Below the pieces are notes generated by a model, which saw only the letters and a program-made list of their open reading frames with translations, made no database searches and was not told the DNA's origin. From Vicugna vicugna (Eukaryota), in the NCBI GenBank assembly GCA_013265495.1, contig MU059781.1, positions 744,001-808,000 on the forward strand: a DNA stretch of 64,000 nt, in the 5' to 3' direction. The stretch's first letter is position 1, and the number at the start of each line of letters is the position of its first letter. Shown here piece after piece: positions 12,433-24,010 of the stretch. Made by a program: the position numbers and the translations under genes.

Positions 12433-13489
12433 ACGCTATCCAATGAACAGTTTGCAGATGGATTAAATACATGTACCAATGAAATAAAACGTGCAGATTT
12501 GGGGCTTTTTGCTTCCTACCTTTGCTCTGGGCCCAGAGCTCCCCAATGATGACATGGGAGGTTTGTGCAAAGATCTGAAGTCGAGAAGGATTTGTTTAAA
12601 GAGTCAGATGGAAAAAGGGCACAAATGAAAATACTTCTGCATGAGCCTGAAAAACCAAAACTTAGCAATGAGTGATCCTGGCTTGGGAGCCCGAGACAGT
12701 GATAGCAAAGGGGGGAAGTTTCCAATGGTCTCACGGCGGGTGGGGAGATGATCAGCGAAGCCTTGCGTGATTTCTCAGGCAACAGGAAGGAAGAGGAAGC
12801 TTTGAGAAGGGAGAGCTTGGGCCCTGTGGAGGGTTTTTGTTTTTAATATTTTCTCCTGAGGCATAGAGTTTGCAGGCGCTAATCTTCAAGTTGCTGCTTC
12901 CAGAGAACTAACTCATTTTAGCCAAAATGTATTTCAGGCCTAACTGTTGAACAGCACTATTATTGGCACTGTGTAGAGATGCCAAAATGTACCAGACAGG
13001 GTGCCAGCACCCACTGCACTAATTATCTAGAGAGGTTCACACACCATAAGACGAATGGCAGAATTCTGTGAGATGTTCACACAACAAACACCGCAGAGGG
13101 AAGGGGGAGGTTCCTCTGGAAAGGGGATCAGAGAGGTTATGAAGGGAAGGCAGGCCAGGCGCCAGGCTGTTGGTTAGATGCACGAACCAGTGCTTAGAGA
13201 GAGGAGAGGAACCTGGGTCTGAGGACAAGATTTCTGCAATCAGGGTCAAGGACTTGATTGGGACGGGAGCAGATGAACACCGGGGACTGTCCCCCTGACC
13301 ACACTCTGTTGGCTCAGAAGCATAACCCGCCACTTCTGGGGCCTCTTCATTCTACAGGCAGCTGTTTGGACCCTGGGGCTTTTTTTATTTGCTATCTCCA
13401 GCCAGCCTTCCCTGGGAGTCCCTCAGATGGCTACTCAAACTGGTAACGAAAACTCCAGAAGACATGCTGACTAAACACCACTTGTGTGC

Positions 13490-13548
13490 CACACACACAC
13501 ACAAATAAACACACACGCACACGCACACGCACACGCACACACACACAC
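13490..13548. repeat. (CA)n/(CACACG)n compound microsatellite
   Basis: Read directly from the sequence. Confidence 0.95.
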
Positions 13549-13996
13549 CCCCTCAGTGCTACATTGGCCAATTCCCCACCTCCTCCACTGTGCAGGAAGT
13601 TCACATTCCGGTGTGCCTATTATCCTAAGGAAGGAGGAAAAGAGGGCACAAAAAGCATCTCTATTCATGTCAGAAATCCCAACCAGAGTGCCCAATGGCC
13701 TGCCTTCCCCCAGTCTGGTGACAGAATTTGCATCTGCCACAAAAGGGAGCCAGATCTCCTGACTATGCAAAGCTTTCAATCTGTCTTGATTCTCCAGGCC
13801 CTCCTCGGAGGTGAGGTGGAGGTGGCACCAAACACTGTCCTCGGATATGACACCCAAACAGAGCATTGTAAGGAGGGGCTGGCTCTCACCATGGCCTCAC
13901 TCTCTCCTCCAGGGGACCAGAGGGAGCACGGGTGCAGAAAAGAACCTGAGAGCAATTTCCTCCATGCTCTGCACACCTCCTCAGCCCATTCTAAAT

Positions 13997-14105
13997 CAAG
14001 TGATTGGCATGTGCAGACTGATCAGCCGCCACATGTGGCACGCTCGGCAGCCAGATCAGCTGTGGCATCTGTACAGCTGGGCAAACCTGACACGTGGGCA
14101 TGTCA
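13997..14105. promoter_or_regulatory. Candidate enhancer core: 8 E-boxes plus NFI half-sites and MEIS/TGIF sites
   Basis: CANNTG starts at 13997, 14008, 14030, 14032, 14057, 14066, 14074 and 14091. TGGCA occurs three times. TGACA at 14088 and TGTCA at 14101. Confidence 0.55.
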
Positions 14106-14347
14106 GCCAGTGTTCAGGAGCTGGCTACCCAGCAGTGGCCATCTTGGTTGGTTTGTTGGTTTGTCTGTTTAAGCAATTACCGATGAGGGGGGAGAAAGAG
14201 AGAGAATGTTATTTCCACCCACTGCCCCTCTTACAGATTTGTCCTGAGGTTTAGAATCTTCTTCCCCACTCCAAGCACTCTGGGCCATATGCGATTCTAT
14301 TTTTGTGTCCCCTCTTCAACTGGAATGAGGTTTGCCTTGGCATCTGA

Positions 14348-14362
14348 GCCGCCACCTGCTGT
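14348..14362 (-). promoter_or_regulatory. Candidate CTCF site
   Basis: Minus strand ACAGCAGGTGGCGGC versus consensus CCASYAGRKGGCRSY, one mismatch. Confidence 0.4.
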
Positions 14363-14959
14363 ACGCATTTTAGTTCCTGTTTGCTGTAAAGCTTGCTTCG
14401 GTCTTGGTTGTGTTCACGGCTCATTCTGGGGAAAAGAAAGGAGCAGTTCCACCTTGCCGTAACTCCCGGTAGGTCACCAGGCTCCTCCAGATGGAACTCT
14501 GCCCTGCTGTAGCCTCTGTGCAGATCAGCTGCCTCCAGCTTTAGTGTTTTTCTCTAACAGTAAACAGCCCTGAGAGCACTTGTCTTGGAGGAGAGAGGAA
14601 GAGACGCTCCCACGTGGGGAAGGGCACCATTTTTAAAGCCCTTCGGAAGTGTCTGGTAGTGAACTCAAGATCCCGATGGTTGTGAAGCTTCAAGCAGGGG
14701 AAAAAAGATGAGAGGAAATGAAGTGAGTGCTGACAGATGGGGGAACACAACTTAATCGGCAGCTAAAATCAAAGGTCGAAGGCTGCCTGCCCCCAGCAAA
14801 AATCAATGGGGGAAAAGGACTACTGGCCTAGATTCCTCCTAGCTCTGTATCTGCCCCAGGACCACCCAGCACTCTTCCTGCCCTGCTTGTGCCGGGCCTC
14901 AAATAATTATTTAGGCTGTAGCTTAGCTGCTCTCCGAAAATTTCCTGGAAATCTAGCCT

Positions 14960-15310
14960 CTTACCCTGAGTTAATAAAGATAGGCCAACGGTTGTAATGA
15001 GCAACCTCAAATCCCAAAGGATTAACACAGTAAGAGTTTATTTCTCCTTCACACAAAGACCAGTATCAGTATTCCTCTTCTGGCTATTTTCCTGGGTGGC
15101 TCTCTTCCAAGCCATGACTCAGGAATCCAGGATTCTCCCACACAGAGAATGCTTCCAACTTTAGTCCAGGGCCCATAGAAGCAGAATAGAGTGTTGGGAA
15201 GGCACACTGGGTACTTAACCTTCTTGGCCTGGAAGTGACACTTGACTACTTCTGCTCATATTCTGTTTATCACTTGGCTCCATGTAGACCTGAGGATTCA
15301 GGGAAGCAGA
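14960..15310 (-). mobile_element. MaLR LTR (MLT1I/J-like)
   Basis: caacctcaaatcccaaaggattaacacagtaagagtttatttctc...ggaagtgacac...acttctgctcata is characteristic of reverse MLT1I/J. Confidence 0.7.
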
Positions 15311-16207
15311 AGCCTTGATCAGATATCTTTGGAGTTTGGTCTGGCTCTGCCACATCTCCCCCAGATACTACCTACATTTCCTCACAAATAAAGCTCAGAA
15401 TCCTAGAACCATCTACAGAAAATGTTTCCATATCCCTACCTGCTCTGGACCTCCTCTTTGTTGCTTCAGGAACCCAATCATCATTTCTACTTTTCTTGGT
15501 CCCATTTAGCCTGTTCTACCATCTCTCCCCTCTTATTGCCTAACTTCTGTTAAACTTCATGGGACCTATTTCATTTGTCTTTATCCTTTTTGGTTGTTCC
15601 TTGAAATTCTTCTAGATTCTATGCACATAGATTTGGTTCTTGTCCTTCAGGTAAATTATTTGCCTTAGTTGTATAGAACCACTTCCCATTGTGAGCAGTT
15701 TCAAGTTGTAATTTAACAAAATTTCTGAGATTAGAACTGTAGGTGATACTGAAGTTTTTTTTTGTTTGTTTGTTTTTAATTTATTCCTGCCTTCCAGGGC
15801 ACCTGGAGGGTTTTCTGAGATACCATATGAAAGCTCAGGTTATCCAACAGCAGATGCTCCAGCTGAGACCCACTCTGTATAACAATGCCCAGCTCAGATC
15901 TCACCCATGATCTTCTTCTGGAGATGTTTACTGAATCTAAAGATGCTAAAGTGCCAAGGAGTGATTATCAAAGAAGTAAGATATTGTATTCCTCCAGGGA
16001 GAACCTCCAGCCTTCCTATCTACTCAACAAATCTTCTTAGACTCCTACTTTCTATTAATATTTTCTTTATAAATGGAATAAATGGCCTAAAATGGAATTA
16101 TAATGTCACCCCCTATTTAAGAACCTCATGGGTTCTTTAGGGCTCATTGATAGGCTGTCTTCCTCTGATGTTTAGGAGCCTCCAAAAACTGAAAATGCCC
16201 TTCTCAT

Positions 16208-16720
16208 GAATCATTCAGTCACCTTGAAGAAATGCTTACTGCCCACAACAATGTATGCTGTTGGAGGCACCAAGGAAATAAAAGTGGATCAACATTTTTT
16301 TTTTACATCAGAGAGATCCTAGTCTCATACAGTAGATAGAAGTGAATACAAATAATTCTACTACAGTGCAGGCTCCATCCTTTTGCTTTGTTCAAGATAC
16401 TATGTTGGTGCAAAAGGAAAACTTGCTTAGCTCTGTTTTAGAATGGAGGAGATTGGAGAAAGTTCTGCTTCAAGGAGAATATAATATTTCCATTGGGTCT
16501 TGAGAGATGAGACAGAATTTTCTTTACAAACAAGAAGGTGGTATGGAAAGAACAATCCAGTCTACAAGAATAGCTTTGCAAAGAAACAGGCATAAATTAG
16601 TAGCACATAATGAAAAAATCTCAGTGAGATAGGAGCTTACAGAGTATGAGGATGCAGGTGGGAAGAGGGTGGGGAATAGCAAAAATAGTTTTATGCAGAA
16701 AGATCTAGAATCCTAATTGC
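16208..16720 (-). mobile_element. L2 LINE 3' fragment
   Basis: aatcattcagtc...aatgcttactg... followed by purine-rich reverse L2 body. Confidence 0.6.
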
Positions 16721-19700
16721 TGTGGCTTAGGATCTAACACAGCTTGAGATGAAGAGGAAGGAGCACAAAATGCTCTTCCGCGTAGCTCTCGCTGTGAAGA
16801 GGAAGCCTGTCGGGTCTACTTTCCAGCATGCCTTGGTGGTCTGGCCATTCTGCTCTCTGCGCATATCTTCACAGCTTTCATTCCGAAAGCCCCTTCCTTC
16901 TCTGTGCCTTTGCAAGTGATACCTTCCGCACATAGCAAACCTTGCCAGGTCTTTCTCAAACACTCCATTGCACACTGACTGACACCAGAGTCACCACAAC
17001 CATGCATGGTGGCCCTCCTCCCAAAATTCCAGTTCATGTGGAACTGGCCCCACGCCGCCGTTTGTCCTTGAGTTATATCTAATAGTTTTTCACTTGAGAA
17101 TCTCTCCTCCTCCCATCTAGATTGCAATTCTTCCATGAGCTGGGGTGAGCAGGGCCTACTTGTCCTACAAACTTTCCTTGCACCTGGAATCTTGGGAATA
17201 TGTCCAGGCTTCATGGTGGATGTCATCTAGACCAACCAGCACCACAGGACAGCTGTCTCCCTCTGTCAGCTCCTGGGGCCCACAAACCCTTGGCTCACTT
17301 ACATGAGGCCTTCTCAGTATTGTTACGTGAACACAGCAAAGAATGCACTAAAGCCAGAAAGGGGACTGCAGGTCCCCAAACTCCTGCATCTTCCGACCCA
17401 TACTTAGCAGATTCCTTTCTGCAGGCATCTGAATATCAGGTTCTAAATGGTCTCAGGACCACTTGTCAAATCCACCCTCCACCATTCCCTGTTTTAGGTC
17501 CTCCACTGACTTTTTCTTTGGAGAAAGCAGAAGCCCCATCCCACCCTGCTGCGCACAGTTAGAGTCTGACGGTGGTTAAAAGATCTCTCAGCTCCTCGGT
17601 GAGGTGTGAATTTGCACAAGATGATTCTTCAGTATATTCAGGCTGCCCAGTGAATTTTTGACATTTCCATGCACTGCTGTAAGCTGCCTGGGTTAGGGAC
17701 CTGCCCCTGACCCTGGGTAGGGCTTTTAAGCAAGAAGAGGCAGAATAAACACACACAAATAGTCCTTTGTAGAGTCGTCAGTGCCCACGTAGCCCTCGGT
17801 TATCTGCGTGTTCAGTCCTCCTGAGGCTTGATGGAAAGGGTAGCAAGCCCTCCTTCCAAGCTGGTTTGTAGGCAGCCCTGCCTGAGGCCGGGGTGGACAG
17901 GATGACCCCTCCGGTCCCATCCGGCCTTGGGATCCTCTGATTTCTCACCTGAGTCCGTTTTGTGCCCTGGGCTCAGGCACATCAATTAGGAACACAACAG
18001 TTGATGCTTCTACAGGAGGGAGGAAAATGAACCATAGCCGTCTTCCTATCCGAACCAGACCTCATTTTTCCAAGTCACCACCTTAGTCTCATCTGTAAAG
18101 CGCTAAATAGCCTGAGACCCAGTTATCTTTGTGACAATCTCTCCCCAGGTGCCCCATCATGGTAATTATGCTCAGCGGGAATGCTCTAGCTGCCCATCTC
18201 TGGAGTTAAACTCATTAAGAGGAGAGGCTGAGAAATCTCCGCAGAGGGTCCCCGCCCTTGCAATGATGGGCATTCCTCTTCCTCGGCTACCAGGATGGGG
18301 GGTTGGAGGAGTTTGGGGTCTGGTGTAAGGCTCTGGATTGCCACAGAGCTTGCTTTAACCTGGATTTGCTGCTCTGATTTGTACTTTGAGGAAGAGGCTT
18401 ACTATTGGGTTGGGAGAGAGGAAGAGCAGGAGGGGGCCCGTGAACAGCTTCTGTTTTATGAAATGAAGTGTGGTTGAAACAAACCCATTAAGGTTGCTTA
18501 TTCTAAATATTGAACACAACAAACATGTTGATTTGTCAATATTTCTCAAAAAACTAACTTAAAAGACACTTTAGAGGAGGAAATATTTTCCCTCTATTCT
18601 ATGAATAGAGTAAGTTTCAAGAACTTGTGTAGGGTAAATTGGACTGGAGGCTGGAGGCCATCAGGAGCTTGGGCGGAAGGAGAGGGTTCTGCAGCAGAGA
18701 AAGGCAGCAAAGGACAGAGCAAGTCACACAGCTGCTCCCTGGGACACGTCCTGAGCAGAGCAGGGTATGAGGTTGAGGGGAGGGAGAGCAGGAAGGAGTG
18801 AATGAATGGCCAGCCAATGGGTGTGTGTGTCGGGGGGAGTCAAAACGGAAACTATAAACAGAACAGTGGGAGCTGTTTGGTTGATAAAAGATGACACTCC
18901 CTTCTAACTGATTTGTGAAAAGGAAAGGAAGTTTCTGGAGGAAAAACAATAAAAGTTCAGATATAAGGAAATCAGAGCCTGGGATAGGGACTTAGATAAG
19001 AAGAAAGAAACATATTCAAGGAAGAGGAAGAAGGAGAGAAAGATAGAGGGGAACCAGAGGAAGACCTAAGGTACTCTCTAGTGGAAGAAGAATATCTGGT
19101 GTCAGATTTTGACGGGGGTGGGGGAAGATTTTTTTAAGAGAAAATTTTAAAAATTCTCCATTTGTCTTATCCAATGAAATGAAACATCAGGGAAGACCTG
19201 CGCTTAAAGATAAGAAGTAAGAAGTGGTTGTGCCACTTACAGCTTTTCCTGGTCAAAAATAAACATCATAAAGACCACATCCTATTTGTCTAGGTTGGAC
19301 ACCAACATTATTCCTATAATGGGCAAGAAAGGTCCACCCCACTCAAATATCTGCCTGTGACGATGCCTGGAAGAATCCTTCAGCACTGGAGTTTATGAAG
19401 ACAACAAAAACATTAATTGAAATAACGGAACATTTGCTATGAAATCAGAACTATGTGCAGTAAACCATAAACTATAATCACATGCGAGAAACCATAAATG
19501 AATCCATCCTGGAGGTCTGTCATCAAGTCTCACTTATTCCTTATAAAAGACATAGTTAAAAATAACAATAACTACGCCACAGATGGCTGTGGATAAGACT
19601 AGTCTTTGTTCTGATTTGTTTGAGATTCCTTTTCTTCTTGCATGTCCCAAGGGTTTTGAAATCTCTTGAATGTGTCCTCTACACTTTTTTAGCCCACCAA

Positions 19701-19779
19701 AGTCTGTGCTGGAATTATTGCAAAGTACTGAGTTGACTGGGTTCTAAATTACTCCAGGTAATTTAGAGCAGGAGGAAGA

Positions 19780-20102
19780 GAACCCAAGGTTTTTCTTCCC
19801 TCCCTTTCTGCTTCAGGTGGTGTTTCTGCCATCACCTCTGTGGCCCAGGCCCCGGGACAGGCCCTTCCCTTCGTGACTCCAGTTCCCATTGAAGTCTGGG
19901 CTCTGGAAATGCCACTGCCTCCCTCAGACCTTCCAGCCCTAGAGGCTTCCTGATGTTATAAATCTCTGGTTTGCCTTCCTGTCACCTGTTTTGTTTTTGT
20001 TTTTCAACTCCTCCAAAACCTTTGTAACCAAGGCCTCACATAAAAGCCCGTCTACTGAATTGACACAAACTCTGTTTTTCTGACTCAATTCTGGTTTGAC
20101 AT
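19780..20102 (+). mobile_element. ERVL LTR (LTR33/LTR16-like)
   Basis: gaaatgccactgcctccctcagaccttccagccctagagg...aaaacctttgtaacc...ctggtttgaca resembles the LTR33/16 3' half. Confidence 0.65.
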
Positions 20103-20649
20103 AGACCCTCAGTGCTATCTGCAGACCATGAATAGCTAGTATGTGTGATTTTTCATTTAAAAAAAGCAGGCACTCTACTCATTTATTGATAAAGAGCATT
20201 TGTTTTTCTCCAATGCCCACTTCAAAACACCTGCTGCCAAGGAAGCATTACTGGAGAATGGGTTTTTTTTTTTTCCTACTTTGGGGATGACTTGTATGTC
20301 CACTGGAGCTACACCAAGTAGTGATGGATCTATATTGCTCCTCCTGTTAGAAGAACAACTTCCAGCAAGGACCATGGCTCAGAATGCATCTCTCACTGAG
20401 CAGAAGCACTGAGTCTATGGCATCCCCTATGAATCACTGTTAAAATCCCCCATGGCTTTAGAATTGGAGTTTTACCACCTTAGCATTTCACACTCAAGGT
20501 GGGCACAGAAGCCACCTAGATGATTTGTTGAGCAAAGGAAACAGAGGCTATTTCTCAGTGAGAAAATGTGGGGGAAGGGAAGAATGAGGGCCCACCCCAG
20601 TTGCTCAGAACATTTTTGAGATCCCAGGGGAGCAGAAGATGCTGACCAC

Positions 20650-20785
20650 NNNNNNNNNNNNNNNNNNNNNNNNNNNNNNNNNNNNNNNNNNNNNNNNNNN
20701 NNNNNNNNNNNNNNNNNNNNNNNNNNNNNNNNNNNNNNNNNNNNNNNNNNNNNNNNNNNNNNNNNNNNNNNNNNNNNNNNNNNNN
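20650..20785. other. Masked (N) block, 136 bp
   Basis: N-run with unique-looking flanks. Confidence 0.95.
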
Positions 20786-23390
20786 TGTTTAAGAGCCATC
20801 CTATTAAGGTATCCCAGAGGAGATGGACACAATAAGAATCAGAAAGGATGATCAGAGGACCATATTCAATAATTCAATGCAATAAACACTTTGAGAAGCA
20901 CCTTCTTTATGCTAGAGACTCTGTATCTCACATGGGAGACAGGGAGAAATAAATGAAACTGTTTCTGCCCTCATGAAGTCAATAAAAACCGAGTTGAAAG
21001 GATTCACAAATAATTAGGTGAAAGGATACAGATAGGATGTAACATGTTGTAGAAGTCCAAGTGTGAAAAAGAGAGAGGAACTAAGGAGGCGGAAGCAAAC
21101 CTAGGTGCAAATGAAGACTTCAGAGAACAACAGAAAATAGAAGCTTGATTCCTCACAGCAAGACGGTCAGGAGAAAGTTTCTCACATGGACTCTGACATG
21201 CCTTGTACATTCTAACAAAGTTGGATGTTTCTGTTGCCCACATAGCCATTCTCATGTGGCATCTTGCAAAGCATCTTTGTATGGCATTCTTGTTTCAAAT
21301 GGAACAAGATGTGGAAGGACATCCACAGAGGGGAACTGGCTTGCTTGGGGTTCAGAAACACAAGTTTTGTTCCCTGGTCTCCTATCCCCCAAGAAAAAAG
21401 TATCAAGAAAATCTCATGTACACTAGCTATACTGGGTTCCTGGGCACGTTCCACATATTGACATTGTGGGTAATTAGAGTTAGCTCAACATGGAAATTGT
21501 GTGTATTTATCAAGGACTGAACAGAATAGCATTTACTCTTCAGTACATAGGCACAGTAGGTCACCATCTCCGTAAAACTCTGGTTTGCTTTGTGTGTAGA
21601 TTTTAGAGATTTAATTCTTTATTGTGAGTTTCTTTACTTTGTCAGTTCCTTCCCCTACGATGAGGAACTTTGCATGTAGTTTTCATAGACTATTTTTGTT
21701 ACTGCAGATTTACAGACTTATGAGTTACTTGTTTAATAAGACAATTGAAATAAATAGTGTAATCATGTGTTTTTAAAGCTTAACAATAGACCTTCATATA
21801 GGGTAACACGACTATGACATCTAATCTGAATGCAAAATCTCTGCTTAAAATTTCAGGAGGAAAACAACCAAAATAAAATTTTTCCCCTTGAGTTTCAGTG
21901 TCTCAGGTGTGTTCAGATTTATTTGGCAAATTGCTGAAAGGAACATACCTGCTTTTGAGACTCAATAAATGGGAATTTTGAAGAGCATGAAAGTGGGTGG
22001 ATGTTTGATTTTCAAATTATTTTCAAGCTACATAGCTGAAAAAATGACAGAACTTTCCTTGAATTTAAATTTACTCCCCCTTGAAATCATAATACAGGAT
22101 ATCAAAATCAAACAGTCTAGAGTGAATGTTCCTGTTATCCGAGTTAATTATTGAGATGGGCTAGTTCCTTATCTCTTCTGACTTTATACCCCTTTGGAAT
22201 TTGCTTCTGCGTTCACTTAGGTCTAGACCATAAAACAGTAATAAAACTCAAGAATAATAAGAACTACCATGGCTAAGCCTTCACATGTTCCAGGAACTGT
22301 ATTTTAGGAACATTATCTCAAGGCTCAGAGAATTCAAGGTTTAGAAAAAGAGCAGGTTGGGTATTTGGGCACTGTTCAGACTGATTTTCAGCTATGCCTG
22401 TGCCATGGAGGAGGCTGTATTTTACTGATGTGTGACTCTCAGACAGCCCCAGTGTTTACTTCTCATTAAGGAATTGGTATTTAACATTCTCAGCACAGGA
22501 ATGCCAAGTGAGGTCGCATTGCTTCAGTAGCTGATTCCCCTCGCTCTGTCAAAGCCCTTTGTTGGAGCTTATTGACTCTGAAGGAAATTTGCCCCCGTGG
22601 GGGCTTTTCAGGAGGAAGAGGCAAGGGCCAATAGCAACCTGTGTGCAGGAAATTGTGAGGATGCAGCTGGCAAAGATGTCACCAAATCCACGACCAGAGA
22701 TGCTAGTGTTCTGAGGCTAGTGTCCTAAGCTGGTGTCAGGTCATCTTTTAGGCTGTGGGTGGCTCTCAGAAATGTATCTGGCCAACTGCACAGTGCCCAC
22801 GCCCTCATGGAGGGCACGATATAATCCCCACTGCTCCTCATAAATCAGCCATGTAGTTAGCACGGCAGCCCTTCCTTTAAATCATGGCTTCATCATGTCA
22901 AATAGAATTTGTCAGCCATCAGCTTGCTGAATGCAATAATTGATCATCATTCCCCAAGAAAGATAAAAAAAAAAAACAATTAAAGAAGCCATGGGAAAAT
23001 TTATTAAAGCAAGGAGGAAAGGAAATTGCCACAACTCTTTCATCAAGTTAGCTTCAAGGAGACAAGGAGAAATACAGAAATGGTACTTCAGTCCCTCATT
23101 GATTTGCTTCAAGGCAAAGCCCTGAAAAAAACAACTGATCAATTCAGGGAGGGATTGGTCCTGCTGGATGCCCTGTCAGCATCCCCCTGCAAATGGCTGC
23201 ATGCATGTTCATTGCAACGGCGTTGGAATTTCTTTAATGTTCATTCATTCATTTGTTAATTCATTATTAAGTGTGTTGTTCAATTATAGGGGCTGGTATT
23301 ACCTAGCTACTGTTTCATTCTGTTCCACTGGTACTGCTAACGCTGGGCGGGCTTAGAAAAATGAAACCGAATAAAGATGCACTGCCTTTT

Positions 23391-23737
23391 NNNNNNNNNN
23401 NNNNNNNNNNNNNNNNNNNNNNNNNNNNNNNNNNNNNNNNNNNNNNNNNNNNNNNNNNNNNNNNNNNNNNNNNNNNNNNNNNNNNNNNNNNNNNNNNNNN
23501 NNNNNNNNNNNNNNNNNNNNNNNNNNNNNNNNNNNNNNNNNNNNNNNNNNNNNNNNNNNNNNNNNNNNNNNNNNNNNNNNNNNNNNNNNNNNNNNNNNNN
23601 NNNNNNNNNNNNNNNNNNNNNNNNNNNNNNNNNNNNNNNNNNNNNNNNNNNNNNNNNNNNNNNNNNNNNNNNNNNNNNNNNNNNNNNNNNNNNNNNNNNN
23701 NNNNNNNNNNNNNNNNNNNNNNNNNNNNNNNNNNNNN
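23391..23737. other. Masked (N) block, 347 bp
   Basis: N-run with unique-looking flanks. Confidence 0.95.
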
Positions 23738-23814
23738 GATTCGTTCTTGTCTTGGATACAAGGGCACATTCTGCACTATTTGGAGGGGAAAGCAATTAGG
23801 ATTTTAGCTAACAT

Positions 23815-24010
23815 CTATGACACGTGGTACCAGATATTGCTCTAATGCTTTCTATTGATTATCTCATTTACTCTTTATAGCAGGTCTGTAGGGTGGGTCC
23901 TGTGACTATCCCCACTTTACGAAGGAGGAAATTGAGATACAGAAACTTTGTCCCAAGGTCACACAAATGGGAGAGGACTGAGCCAGGATGCAAATGCCGG
24001 CAGAAGACAG
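23815..24010 (-). mobile_element. MIR SINE
   Basis: ccccactttacgaaggaggaaattgagatacaga...cccaaggtcacac...gagccaggatgcaaa. Confidence 0.8.

Noticed and set aside
13486-14172. Longest clean ORF (228 aa, + strand)
   Set aside because: Its N-terminus is translated CA-repeat (HTHT/RTRT), it has no recognisable domain, and it overlaps equally long ORFs in other frames. It is best explained as chance in stop-poor, GC-richer regulatory DNA.
23026-23259. ORF with a helical-looking segment (EMVLQSLIDLLQGKALKKTTDQFREGLVLLDALS)
   Set aside because: No protein family recognised and no convincing splice sites. A tBLASTn/PhyloCSF check would be needed, so it is unsupported as coding.
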